A stretch of 61,262 bases of DNA, the filler included, from Candidatus Woesearchaeota archaeon (GTDB lineage: Archaea > Nanobdellota > Nanobdellia > Woesearchaeales > DATGWN01), in NCBI GenBank assembly GCA_047603125.1. It is 6 parts of 6 records of this genome, joined end to end, with 100 filler letters (N's around TTAATTAATTAA, not from the genome) between each part and the next. Parts side by side here need not be neighbours in the genome. Positions count along the whole stretch, not along the records: positions 1 to 10,583 come from JBLKOU010000040.1; 5 more parts are not named here. One strand, written 5' to 3'. Every line of letters begins with the position of its first letter. Position 1 is the stretch's first letter. Shown one piece after another: positions 1 through 8,312 of this stretch. The notes under the pieces are model-generated. The model searched no databases. It saw only the letters and a list, made by a program, of their open reading frames with translations, and was not told the DNA's origin. A program made the translations under genes and the position numbers.

Positions 1-118
1 TTAGATATATATTAATCTTTCGGTTTTTACCAAAATTTATCAAAAATTAAGAAAAAGTAGACTTTTTACGTACTTTTCACAACAAAGTATATAAAGGGGT
101 TTTTACAGAAAAGCTTGT

Positions 119-562
119 ATGAAGATGCAAAATTACTTTTTCATTATACTTTTAGTGCTTGGCTTTCTCGTTTTGAGTGGTTGTGATTTTTCCATGAGTT
201 CTGTGAGTGTGTCAACTGATGAGGAAAAATATATTTGCCAAGTTGATGAGGACTGTGTTCTAACTGATTTGAACTTACAGCGCACTTGTTCAGCTTGTGA
301 TCCTTGTACATTAATCGATTATGCGGATGAAAATTTTATTTCGGTTAATAAAGAGTGGCTATCTGAGTACAAAAGAAGCTGGATATACAATAATTGTCCT
401 CAAGATTTTTATCGGTGTTCTTATGAAATTGATATGGGCGATGATGATTATACGGATTGTTTGATGCGATTTTTTACCTGCCAAGAATGCGTGAGTTCTT
501 TTGAAAACACTCACTATCGAGCAGTCTGTGTTGATAATGTTTGTCAAAAATATGCTTCATAA
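119..562 (+). CDS. Cys-rich secreted or lipoprotein-like hypothetical protein
   Basis: Hydrophobic N-terminus ending LSGC (lipobox-like); CxxDxDC...CVDNVC motifs; TATA-like TATATAAA at 88-95. Confidence 0.75.
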   Translation: MKMQNYFFIILLVLGFLVLSGCDFSMSSVSVSTDEEKYICQVDEDCVLTDLNLQRTCSACDPCTLIDYADENFISVNKEWLSEYKRSWIYNNCPQDFYRCSYEIDMGDDDYTDCLMRFFTCQECVSSFENTHYRAVCVDNVCQKYAS

Positions 563-578
563 TTTATCAATAAAGGTT

Positions 579-750
579 TTTTTCATCAAATAAATGAGTT
601 GTTCTGTGAAAATAAAAAATAAGATCCGTTCTCATTATTGAGAGTTTCACGAGTATAATACTCCGCTCCTTTAATGCAGAGATACTTGGAAAACTACTTA
701 TTTTTCAATTAGGTTCGAGCAGCTAACTTTTGTCGTTTTTTAATGAAGCT
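579..750 (-). mobile_element. Degenerate MITE (GGCTTCATCC shell) carrying hairpin module B
   Basis: 635-733 is the reverse complement of the module at 12858-13047; decayed terminal repeats tttcatcaaataaat (581) and ttttttaatgaagct (to 750). Confidence 0.6.
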
Positions 751-794
751 AAATAGAAATATACCTTTATAAAGTGTGTATTCTCAAAAAAAGT

Positions 795-1934
795 ATGCAT
801 TTTCGTTTAGAGGCAGGAAATCAAATTGTTATAGTCAGAATTATTATTGCGCTATCGTTAGCAATGCTGGGGACAGTCTGGTCTGTATTCTTACTTCATT
901 TGGGTCTAAGTGAGGCACAAATAGGATTATATTCGTCATTTGTGATGTTTTTGGCTGTGAGCGCGTCTTTTATTGTTCCATTTTTATTACAACGATTTCG
1001 AAAGGGAATTTTGGTATTATGGTGTGTATTTATTCCTGCATTATTGTACTTTTTAGTTGGAGCATATCAGAGTTTTTTGATTTTTGCAATTGCAACATCA
1101 CTTGCAGCAGTTTTGCAAGTTATTCGTGTCAATGCTTTTGATATTTTAATGCATGATGCAACATCCAAACAGACGTATTCTCAATTACAGGGACTTCATT
1201 ATTCGCTTTTGAATGTTATGTGGTTAACAGGTCCACTTTTAACAGGTTTCTTTTTAGCACATTATTCCTATGACGTCGTTTTTTATGTCATTGGAGGTTT
1301 GTTTTTACTTGCAGCATTTATTTTTATATTTTTTCACATAAAAGAACATTTGCACCAATTTACAAATATTCGGTTCCCAGTCATATCATATCTCAAGGAT
1401 ACGCGACAACGATTACCCTATCTCTTATCATTTGGAACGCATTCTTGGTGGAGCTTAGGTGAGATTTATTTTCCTATTTTTCTTATTACAAGTGGCGCAG
1501 GTGTTCAATATGTCGCTATATTTATGGCGTTGTGGTGTGTGCCTCCAATAATTATGGAGTATCCTATTGGTCGATTAGCAAAAAAAATTCCTCTCAAACA
1601 CTTTTTTCGCATAGGTTTTTTTGGGTTATTTGTAATCGCAGTTTCGTGTTTTTTTATAGATAATATTTGGATTATTTTTTGGTTACTCATACTTTCAGGA
1701 GCGTTTGCTTCTCTTATTGAACCACTAAATGAGCCGTTCTTTTTTGCACGAACAAAGTCAAAAGATGAAGCAAACTTTTTGCCATTTTTTATTACATCAA
1801 AATTTTTAGGCCCTGCTATTTCTCGCGGTGTGACTGGCCTTGTGTTACTTGTTCTTGTAAATCAATATGCATACTTAGTTTTTGCACTTATTTGTTTGCT
1901 TTGTTTTATTGGTGCGTTGTTTGTGAAGCGGTGA
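795..1934 (+). CDS. MFS transporter
   Basis: About 12 hydrophobic segments; MFS-like motifs (LLQRFRKG, PIGRLAKK); ATG 795 preferred to GTG 774. Confidence 0.85.
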   Translation: MHFRLEAGNQIVIVRIIIALSLAMLGTVWSVFLLHLGLSEAQIGLYSSFVMFLAVSASFIVPFLLQRFRKGILVLWCVFIPALLYFLVGAYQSFLIFAIATSLAAVLQVIRVNAFDILMHDATSKQTYSQLQGLHYSLLNVMWLTGPLLTGFFLAHYSYDVVFYVIGGLFLLAAFIFIFFHIKEHLHQFTNIRFPVISYLKDTRQRLPYLLSFGTHSWWSLGEIYFPIFLITSGAGVQYVAIFMALWCVPPIIMEYPIGRLAKKIPLKHFFRIGFFGLFVIAVSCFFIDNIWIIFWLLILSGAFASLIEPLNEPFFFARTKSKDEANFLPFFITSKFLGPAISRGVTGLVLLVLVNQYAYLVFALICLLCFIGALFVKR

Positions 1935-2160
1935 TGGGTTCACCAGAATTCTTTTCCTCGAGGCTTGTCTTGGAGAAATAGTAGCTCTTTTTTGGCAGAG
2001 ATGAGTGTTTTTATTATTATGTATATTATTGTTGATTCTTTGAGTCGTTTTCAAAACACACACTTGAAGATGCACAAACGCAATTAATATTGCAAAAAGA
2101 ACTCGTTGAAAAAGCATTGTCTGTCCACAATTATGAGTGCGGATTCTATTGTGGTGTTTC

Positions 2161-2175
2161 CACTGGACAAGTGCG
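2161..2175 (+). repeat. 15-bp direct repeat CACTGGACAAGTGCG, copy 1
   Basis: Identical to 3347-3361; the pair brackets the MITE and the MNT-HEPN genes. Confidence 0.8.
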
Positions 2176-2227
2176 CAAGAATAGTTTAGAAAATATATTC
2201 ATTTACCTCAATTAATGGTCGACCTTA

Positions 2228-2380
2228 GGCTTCATCCAAAAAATTAGAAAAAAGAGCACCTTGCAGCAAAGTCAGAAAATTTAGCGATTCATACAGCTAA
2301 ATTTTCGCATGATACTCAAAGCGGGACTCTTGAGCCAAATCTGCGTGCTCTTCTTTGAAAAACAATTATTGGATGAAGCC
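2228..2380 (+). mobile_element. MITE, 153 bp, TIR GGCTTCATCCAA/TTGGATGAAGCC, 9-bp TSD
   Basis: Perfect 12-bp TIR; TCGACCTTA duplicated at 2219-2227 and 2381-2389; structured core at 2252-2352. Confidence 0.92.
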
Positions 2381-2426
2381 TCGACCTTAGAAAAATATAT
2401 AAATAGTTGTTTAATATAATGAACAT

Positions 2427-2942
2427 ATGTTTAAAGAATTAAACAATTTACGAGTATTTTTAGAAGACCCCGAACGAAAGATTCATGTTCGTGAATATGC
2501 GAAGCTTTTTTCCATAACTCCTGCGACAGCAAGTAAACTATTGAATATTTTTGCTCAAAAGGGATTTTTGCAAAAAGAGATTGTACAGAATATTCATTTT
2601 TATTCACTTCGAAAAACACAAGTAACAAAAGATTTGAAGGTTTTTTATACCATTCAAAAAATACGAGAAATAATTCCACAACTGGATGTATGTTTTGGAA
2701 AGCCGACTATTGTTTTATTTGGCTCAACATCAAAAGGAGAAGACGTTCCAACAAGTGACATTGATTTGTATATTGAATCAGAGGTAAAAAAAGTGTTTGA
2801 TGTTAAAAAAGTAGAAAAGCAACTTGGAAAATCCGTACAATTATTTGTTTATCAAAACATTGCGCAAGTCCCTAATAAACATTTGCGTCAGAGTATTGTA
2901 AATGGAATTGTGTTACAAGGTGAAATACGTGGAATTAAGTGA
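2427..2942 (+). CDS. HTH + minimal nucleotidyltransferase (MNT) antitoxin
   Basis: N-terminal wHTH-like segment; FGSTSKGEDVPTSDIDL fits GSx10DxD. Confidence 0.88.
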   Translation: MFKELNNLRVFLEDPERKIHVREYAKLFSITPATASKLLNIFAQKGFLQKEIVQNIHFYSLRKTQVTKDLKVFYTIQKIREIIPQLDVCFGKPTIVLFGSTSKGEDVPTSDIDLYIESEVKKVFDVKKVEKQLGKSVQLFVYQNIAQVPNKHLRQSIVNGIVLQGEIRGIK

Positions 2943-3339
2943 ATGCGAGCAACAGGGGCTAATACGATCTGTGACTCCCAATATGGCGGTCATTGAGTCT
3001 TTAAAAGAAATGGCTCTCATAAAACAAGAAGAAGTATTTTCTACGCAATTAACAAAGCGTAATGTTTCAGTATATTTTTCTTTATATTATGATGCAATCC
3101 GTGAACTTTTAGAGGCGTTTTGTCTAAAGAAGGGATATAAAGTTTTAAATCACGTTTGTTTAGGTGAAAAAGTCAAAGAAATTTCTCAGGATTTTGATTA
3201 TAGCACTTTTGATCGCATACGATATTTACGAAACGGGATTAATTATTATGGGAATCAAATTGCTTACGAGCCGGCCGTTCTTTTACTAAAAAAAATAAAA
3301 AAGCTGTTTTTGTGGATATTACAAGAATTGAATAAGTAA
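2902..3339 (+). CDS. HEPN-domain protein, putative toxin (true start may be GTG 2920 or 2929)
   Basis: Overlaps the MNT gene; YYDAIRELLEA helix and RYLRNGINYYG HEPN-like motif. Confidence 0.75.
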   Translation: MELCYKVKYVELSECEQQGLIRSVTPNMAVIESLKEMALIKQEEVFSTQLTKRNVSVYFSLYYDAIRELLEAFCLKKGYKVLNHVCLGEKVKEISQDFDYSTFDRIRYLRNGINYYGNQIAYEPAVLLLKKIKKLFLWILQELNK

Positions 3340-3346
3340 TCAGTCT

Positions 3347-3361
3347 CACTGGACAAGTGCG
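3347..3361 (+). repeat. 15-bp direct repeat CACTGGACAAGTGCG, copy 2
   Basis: Identical to 2161-2175. Confidence 0.8.
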
Positions 3362-3377
3362 ACCTGAGTATTTATAA

Positions 3378-5567
3378 ATGAAGTCGTCATATCTGTACGT
3401 TATGTCCCAACCACTCAAACCTCGATTGTATCAAGAGATTATAACGGCAAAAGCGTCAGTTGCAAATACCTTAGTTGTTTTACCAACGGGTCTGGGAAAA
3501 ACAATGATTTCAGCAATGCTTGCTAAACATCGATTACACAAATTTCCTGATATGAAAATTCTTATTCTTGCGCCAACTCGTCCCTTGGTGAATCAGCATA
3601 AAGTTTCATTTGAATCATTTCTTGATGAGCCCATGTGTGTATTTACTGGTCAAACAAAACCAGAGAAGCGAAAAGAACAGTTTGCTAACAATACGATTAT
3701 TTTTAGTACACCCCAAGGTTTAGAAAACGATGTGTTGAGTTCTCGAATTCATATGGAAGAAATTTCCTTGCTCATAGTGGATGAAGCACATCGTGCAGTT
3801 GGAGAGTACAGCTATGTTTGGCTTGCAAAGCAATACCAAAAACAATCAAAAAACCCGCTTGTGCTTGGCTTAACTGCTTCTCCCGGTTCAGATAAAGAAA
3901 CTATTCAAGAAGTCATCGATAATTTACATATAGAACAGATTGAGTATCGAACAAAGGATTCTCCCGACGTTGCTCCCTATGTCCAAGAAACAGATGTATC
4001 CTATATTGATGTGGAACTTCCTGATTCTTTTCGCGATATCTTGCGTGCACTTGAGCGCGCATATACTCGTCGAATACAACAAATTCAACAAATGGGGTAT
4101 CTTAAGTCAAAGCGACCAATGTCAATAATAAAAACGGAGTTACTCAAATTTACCGGTTCATTACAAATGCATGTGAAAAAAAATCCTTCTGATGTTTCTT
4201 TGTATTCGCTATTATCATTAACTGCGCAAGCGCTTAAATTGTCACACGCACTTGATCTTGTTCAAACACAGGGTTTACTTGGTGCGAGAATTTATTTTGA
4301 GACGATGTTTTCCCAATCAAAAAAAACAAAGGCAATAGAATCTCTTATGCAAGATGCTGACGTTCGGTTTGCATATATGAAAATAGATGAGTTGGTACAA
4401 AAAGATGTCACACACCCAAAATTGACTCGTTTATTTGATCTTGTTCAAGAAACGCTCAAAAAAGATGGGGCAAAAGTGATCGTTTTTAGCCAATATCGAG
4501 AAACACTTAAAATGATGCAAGAATTGTTTTCCTCTATTCCTGCCATACGCGCGGCTGTTTTTGTTGGTCAAGCCAAAAAAAATGGCTCGGGCTTATCCCA
4601 AAAAGAACAAATACGGTTGCTTGAGCAGTTTCGCGATGGGGAATTTAATGTTTTATGTATGTCCAGTGTCGGTGAAGAGGGGTTGGATATTCCAACTGTT
4701 GACCGCGTTATTTTTTACGAACCAATTCCGAGTGCCATTCGAACAATACAGCGTCGCGGAAGAACTGGTCGTCATGCAAAGGGAGAAGTAATTGTACTCT
4801 GTGCGAAAAATACGCGAGATGTTGCTTCCCGATTTATTGCACAAAGAAAAGAGAAAAATATGTATGCTATCCTGGATGATTTTAAAGTAAAAAAACCATC
4901 TCAAGAAGTAACCTTGGATTCGTTTGATCAAGAACAACCGGAGTTTCGATTATTAGTTGATTCACGTGAAAAACAAAGTGGTGTTTTGCGGGATTTACAT
5001 GGCAAAGTCCAGCTTGATTTTGCTCAATTACAAATTGGTGACTATCAAGTTTCTCCTGAAGTTGTTATTGAATATAAAAAAGTGGATGATTTTGTTGGCT
5101 CATTATTGGATGGACGGATGCTTGAGCAAGTAAAGCAGCTCAAAAGTCATGTGCGTCGTCCGTTAATTATAGTTGAGGGTGAATCGGTTTTTTCTGCACG
5201 AAATGTTCATCCAAACGCTATCTATGGTTTACTGACAACAATTATGGTTTCGTTTGGTGTGCCTATTTTGTTCACCAAAGACGGGCAAGAAACAGCGCAA
5301 GTCTTATACTTATTAGCAAAGCGTGAAGGCTCAACAAAAAAGCAGCAAGGGCTTATAAAAAAAGCACAAACGGTACAAGAACAACAACTCTTTGTGTTAG
5401 TTTCATGTCCTGGTGTAGGGATGGGTAGTGCAAAAAAACTTCTTGAATATTTCGGTTCGCTTCATGCAATTGTTACTGCTGATGCTGCAGAGTTGCAAAA
5501 TGTTGAAGGGATTGGTGCACAAACTGCAACACAACTCTTTTTGTTTTTTCGAGAGAAGTTTCGGTGA
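3378..5567 (+). CDS. hef: Hef (FANCM-like) helicase-ERCC4 nuclease fusion
   Basis: LPTGLGKT, DEAH, QRRGRTGR; C-terminal VDSRE/GDY/EYKKVDD nuclease and HhH motifs; start may be ATG 3402. Confidence 0.93.
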   Translation: MKSSYLYVMSQPLKPRLYQEIITAKASVANTLVVLPTGLGKTMISAMLAKHRLHKFPDMKILILAPTRPLVNQHKVSFESFLDEPMCVFTGQTKPEKRKEQFANNTIIFSTPQGLENDVLSSRIHMEEISLLIVDEAHRAVGEYSYVWLAKQYQKQSKNPLVLGLTASPGSDKETIQEVIDNLHIEQIEYRTKDSPDVAPYVQETDVSYIDVELPDSFRDILRALERAYTRRIQQIQQMGYLKSKRPMSIIKTELLKFTGSLQMHVKKNPSDVSLYSLLSLTAQALKLSHALDLVQTQGLLGARIYFETMFSQSKKTKAIESLMQDADVRFAYMKIDELVQKDVTHPKLTRLFDLVQETLKKDGAKVIVFSQYRETLKMMQELFSSIPAIRAAVFVGQAKKNGSGLSQKEQIRLLEQFRDGEFNVLCMSSVGEEGLDIPTVDRVIFYEPIPSAIRTIQRRGRTGRHAKGEVIVLCAKNTRDVASRFIAQRKEKNMYAILDDFKVKKPSQEVTLDSFDQEQPEFRLLVDSREKQSGVLRDLHGKVQLDFAQLQIGDYQVSPEVVIEYKKVDDFVGSLLDGRMLEQVKQLKSHVRRPLIIVEGESVFSARNVHPNAIYGLLTTIMVSFGVPILFTKDGQETAQVLYLLAKREGSTKKQQGLIKKAQTVQEQQLFVLVSCPGVGMGSAKKLLEYFGSLHAIVTADAAELQNVEGIGAQTATQLFLFFREKFR

Positions 5568-5615
5568 GTTTGAAAATAAAAAACGTTTAAATATTTGATT
5601 TGTTTTCGAGAGTAT

Positions 5616-5759
5616 ATGGGTAAAAAAATGAAATCTGCAAAAAAGCAATTTATTGGTAGTTGGTCAGATTTGACGACTGAAGAGGTTGTTCGATTACATG
5701 ATGCTATTTCAAAGGTTAAGGGTAAATCTACAAAATGTGTTAAATTAAAAATAAATTGA
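5616..5759 (+). CDS. 47-aa protein resembling the C-terminal half of archaeal VapB-type antitoxins
   Basis: MGKKMKSAKKQFIGSWSDLTTEEVVRLHDAISKVK; own TATA-like tttaaata upstream; below the ORF-track cutoff. Confidence 0.4.
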   Translation: MGKKMKSAKKQFIGSWSDLTTEEVVRLHDAISKVKGKSTKCVKLKIN

Positions 5760-5764
5760 TATAT

Positions 5765-7132
5765 TCACAATCTCACAACCTTTTGTCCATCAGCTGAATC
5801 AATAACTTTGTATCCGAGTTGGGCGAGTTTATCTCTGATGAGGTCACTTTTTTCAAAATCTTTTTGTTCTCGTGCACGTTTTCTTTTCTGAACAAGTTCT
5901 TGAATTTCTTTTGGAAGAAAAGAGACACTAATTAAATTCAGACCAAGTACAGTATCAAATAGTTGTATTGTTTGTTTTTTTGTCTGCCCGCCTAGAGTTG
6001 CGTCTGCAAGTAAATTCTGCACAACGGCAAGTGCTTTTGGGATATTTAAGTCGTCACTAATGGCCTTTTCAAAACTCTGTATGTGCGTTGTTGGTTCGCC
6101 CGTAGTTGTGTCATCTAAGAGTGCGATTTTTTCTCGTAAATTTTTCAAGCCTGCTTGCGCACTATCTAATGCTTCAAAACTAAATTGTATTTGCTTTCGA
6201 TAATGTGTTTGCGCACACAAATATCTATATGCGAGCGGGTCATACCCTTTTTGAATAAGTGTTTGAACAGTGAGAAAGTCTCCTTTGGATTTTGCCATTT
6301 TTCCGGTTTGGTCGATAAGAAATTCATTATGCATCCAATATCGTGCAAACTCACTGTCGTGTGCACATTTACTTTGTGCGATTTCGTTTGTGTGATGAAC
6401 GGGAATATGATCTGCTCCGCCACAATGAATGTCGAATGTTTCTCCAAGATATTTTGTTGACATCGCAGAACATTCTATATGCCATCCGGGATACCCAGTA
6501 CCCCAGGGAGAGTCCCACTTCATTGCTTGATCGTCAAATTTTGATTTTGTAAACCATAGCACAAAATCCCGCGGGTGTTTTTTGAATGTGTCTTTTTCTA
6601 CTCGTGATTTTCCGGTATCGTCCATGTTGAGATTTGCAAATTTTGCATACTCTGGGAATTTTTGTGTATCAAAATAGACATTTCCATTTGCAACATAGGT
6701 GAAGCCTTTTTTTTCAAGCGTTTGGATGAGTTCAATCATCTCTGGTATGTGATCCGTTGCTTTACAGACAATCGTTGGTTTTTGTATATTGAGAAAACCG
6801 CAATCGCTAAAAAACGCTAGTGTGTATTGGTGTGCAATATCCCAGACGGTTTTTTTCTCACGCTTTGCGCCTTTGAGCATTTTATCTTCGCCATCGTCTC
6901 CGTCATCCGTTAAATGGCCAACATCGGTTATATTCATGACATGTTTTACCCTATAGTCAAAATGGGCGAACACTCGCACCAGCGTGTCTTCAAACAAGAA
7001 TGCGCGCATATTTCCTAAATGTGCGAAGTTATAGACGGTAGGGCCACAGCAATAAATACCAACTTCTTTTTGTACAAGTGGTACAAAGTTTTCTTTTTTC
7101 TTTGTGGCGGTGTTATAAATGCGAATATCCAT
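5765..7132 (-). CDS. cysS: Cysteine-tRNA ligase
   Basis: CGPTVY, HLGN (HIGH), PGWHIECSAM, KMAKS (KMSKS). Confidence 0.97.
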   Translation of the reverse strand: MDIRIYNTATKKKENFVPLVQKEVGIYCCGPTVYNFAHLGNMRAFLFEDTLVRVFAHFDYRVKHVMNITDVGHLTDDGDDGEDKMLKGAKREKKTVWDIAHQYTLAFFSDCGFLNIQKPTIVCKATDHIPEMIELIQTLEKKGFTYVANGNVYFDTQKFPEYAKFANLNMDDTGKSRVEKDTFKKHPRDFVLWFTKSKFDDQAMKWDSPWGTGYPGWHIECSAMSTKYLGETFDIHCGGADHIPVHHTNEIAQSKCAHDSEFARYWMHNEFLIDQTGKMAKSKGDFLTVQTLIQKGYDPLAYRYLCAQTHYRKQIQFSFEALDSAQAGLKNLREKIALLDDTTTGEPTTHIQSFEKAISDDLNIPKALAVVQNLLADATLGGQTKKQTIQLFDTVLGLNLISVSFLPKEIQELVQKRKRAREQKDFEKSDLIRDKLAQLGYKVIDSADGQKVVRL

Positions 7133-7136
7133 TGTC

Positions 7137-7283
7137 TTAAAAAAAGAGTAAGTAAAGCGCTGCGCCAAAGATAATTAGCGCGCTAATTGTTGAGTTGTCA
7201 ATGAGTGGAACATTGATAAATTGCATGACTAAGGCAATGAGCAGTGCGACAGCAAGAATTTTGTGAATGTTTTTTCTGTTCAT
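7137..7283 (-). CDS. 48-aa two-TM membrane protein
   Basis: MNRKNIHKILAVALLIALVMQFINVPLIDNSTISALIIFGAALYLLFF*; ends 4 bp before the cysS start. Confidence 0.6.
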   Translation of the reverse strand: MNRKNIHKILAVALLIALVMQFINVPLIDNSTISALIIFGAALYLLFF

Positions 7284-7329
7284 AGTTATGTGGGTGTGGT
7301 GATTTATTTAAGAGTTTTGTGTTTGAGGG

Positions 7330-7525
7330 GGCTTCATCTAATAATTCTTTTTCAAAGAAGAGTACGCAGATTTTACTTAAGAGTCTTGTTTTGAGATTCG
7401 GGCGAAAATTCAGCGGCACTTTTTTGGATTCTCATCCTCAAGTTTGAAAGAAACTTTCGAACAATTGCAAAATTTTCTGATTGTCCTCCAATTGCTTTTT
7501 ATTGTAACTTTCTTTTTTTTGGATG
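7330..7525 (-). mobile_element. Degenerate MITE (GGCTTCATCC shell, core plus loop insert)
   Basis: Colinear with 29435-29628 with many substitutions; right TIR eroded (ggatg). Confidence 0.8.
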
Positions 7526-7574
7526 GTGTTGAGAAAAACGCATCTTTTTTAAAGGCCTCTTACTCGCCAGCTGT

Positions 7575-8312
7575 ATGGATCCTTTGGTTGAGTTTCAAAA
7601 TATCACGAAGCGTTTTAAAGATGAAGTTGTTTTAAATAATGTCCAATTACAAATTTTTCCTGATGAAATTTTTGGAATAATAGGTCGATCAGGGTCTGGA
7701 AAAACCACATTGACAAGGATTTTATTAGGATTTTATCCCCCCGATGAAGGTAAACTCATTTATAGAGGAGAAGATATAACGACGCATACAAATAAAATTC
7801 GTCGCATAGTTGGATTAACAACACAAGAAAATTCTTTTTATCCCAGACTCACGGCTAAAGAAAATCTCATGTATTATGGAAGAATTTATGATTTGAAAAA
7901 AGAAACGTTGGAAACTCGAGTCCCATTATTATTACGTTTAATGAATTTAGTTGGTCATGAAAATGTTTTGGCAGAGGATTTGTCAGGGGGTATGAAGCGA
8001 AGACTGGATTTTGCTATTTCGCTTATTCATGATCCTGATTTGTTGATATTAGATGAACCTACAACGGGTTTGGATCCAGTATTAACTGAAGATATTTGGG
8101 ATATAATCTGGAAAATACATTCGACAGGAAAGACAGTCATAATAATTTCTCATTTATTTGATGAAATTGAACAAAATTGTGGCAGGGTTGGAATTTTAAA
8201 CAAAGGAAGGTTTTTAGCGGTGCAATCTCCAGGGGATCTTCGTCGTCAAAATCCCGCAGAAAAAAATCTGGCGCAAATTTTTAAAAAATATGTGGAATAC
8301 TATGATAGATAA
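7575..8312 (+). CDS. ABC transporter ATP-binding protein (ABC-2/DrrA-like)
   Basis: GRSGSGKT, LSGGMKRR, LILDEPTTGLD. Confidence 0.95.
   Translation: MDPLVEFQNITKRFKDEVVLNNVQLQIFPDEIFGIIGRSGSGKTTLTRILLGFYPPDEGKLIYRGEDITTHTNKIRRIVGLTTQENSFYPRLTAKENLMYYGRIYDLKKETLETRVPLLLRLMNLVGHENVLAEDLSGGMKRRLDFAISLIHDPDLLILDEPTTGLDPVLTEDIWDIIWKIHSTGKTVIIISHLFDEIEQNCGRVGILNKGRFLAVQSPGDLRRQNPAEKNLAQIFKKYVEYYDR

Noticed and set aside
1934..2215. Possible gene between the MFS gene and the MITE
   Set aside because: Only broken short frames on either strand; no recognisable product
2252..2352. Core as a hammerhead, HDV-like or hairpin ribozyme, or a tRNA-derived repeat
   Set aside because: No CUGAnGA/GAAA core, nested double pseudoknot or T-arm found by eye; a covariance search is still needed
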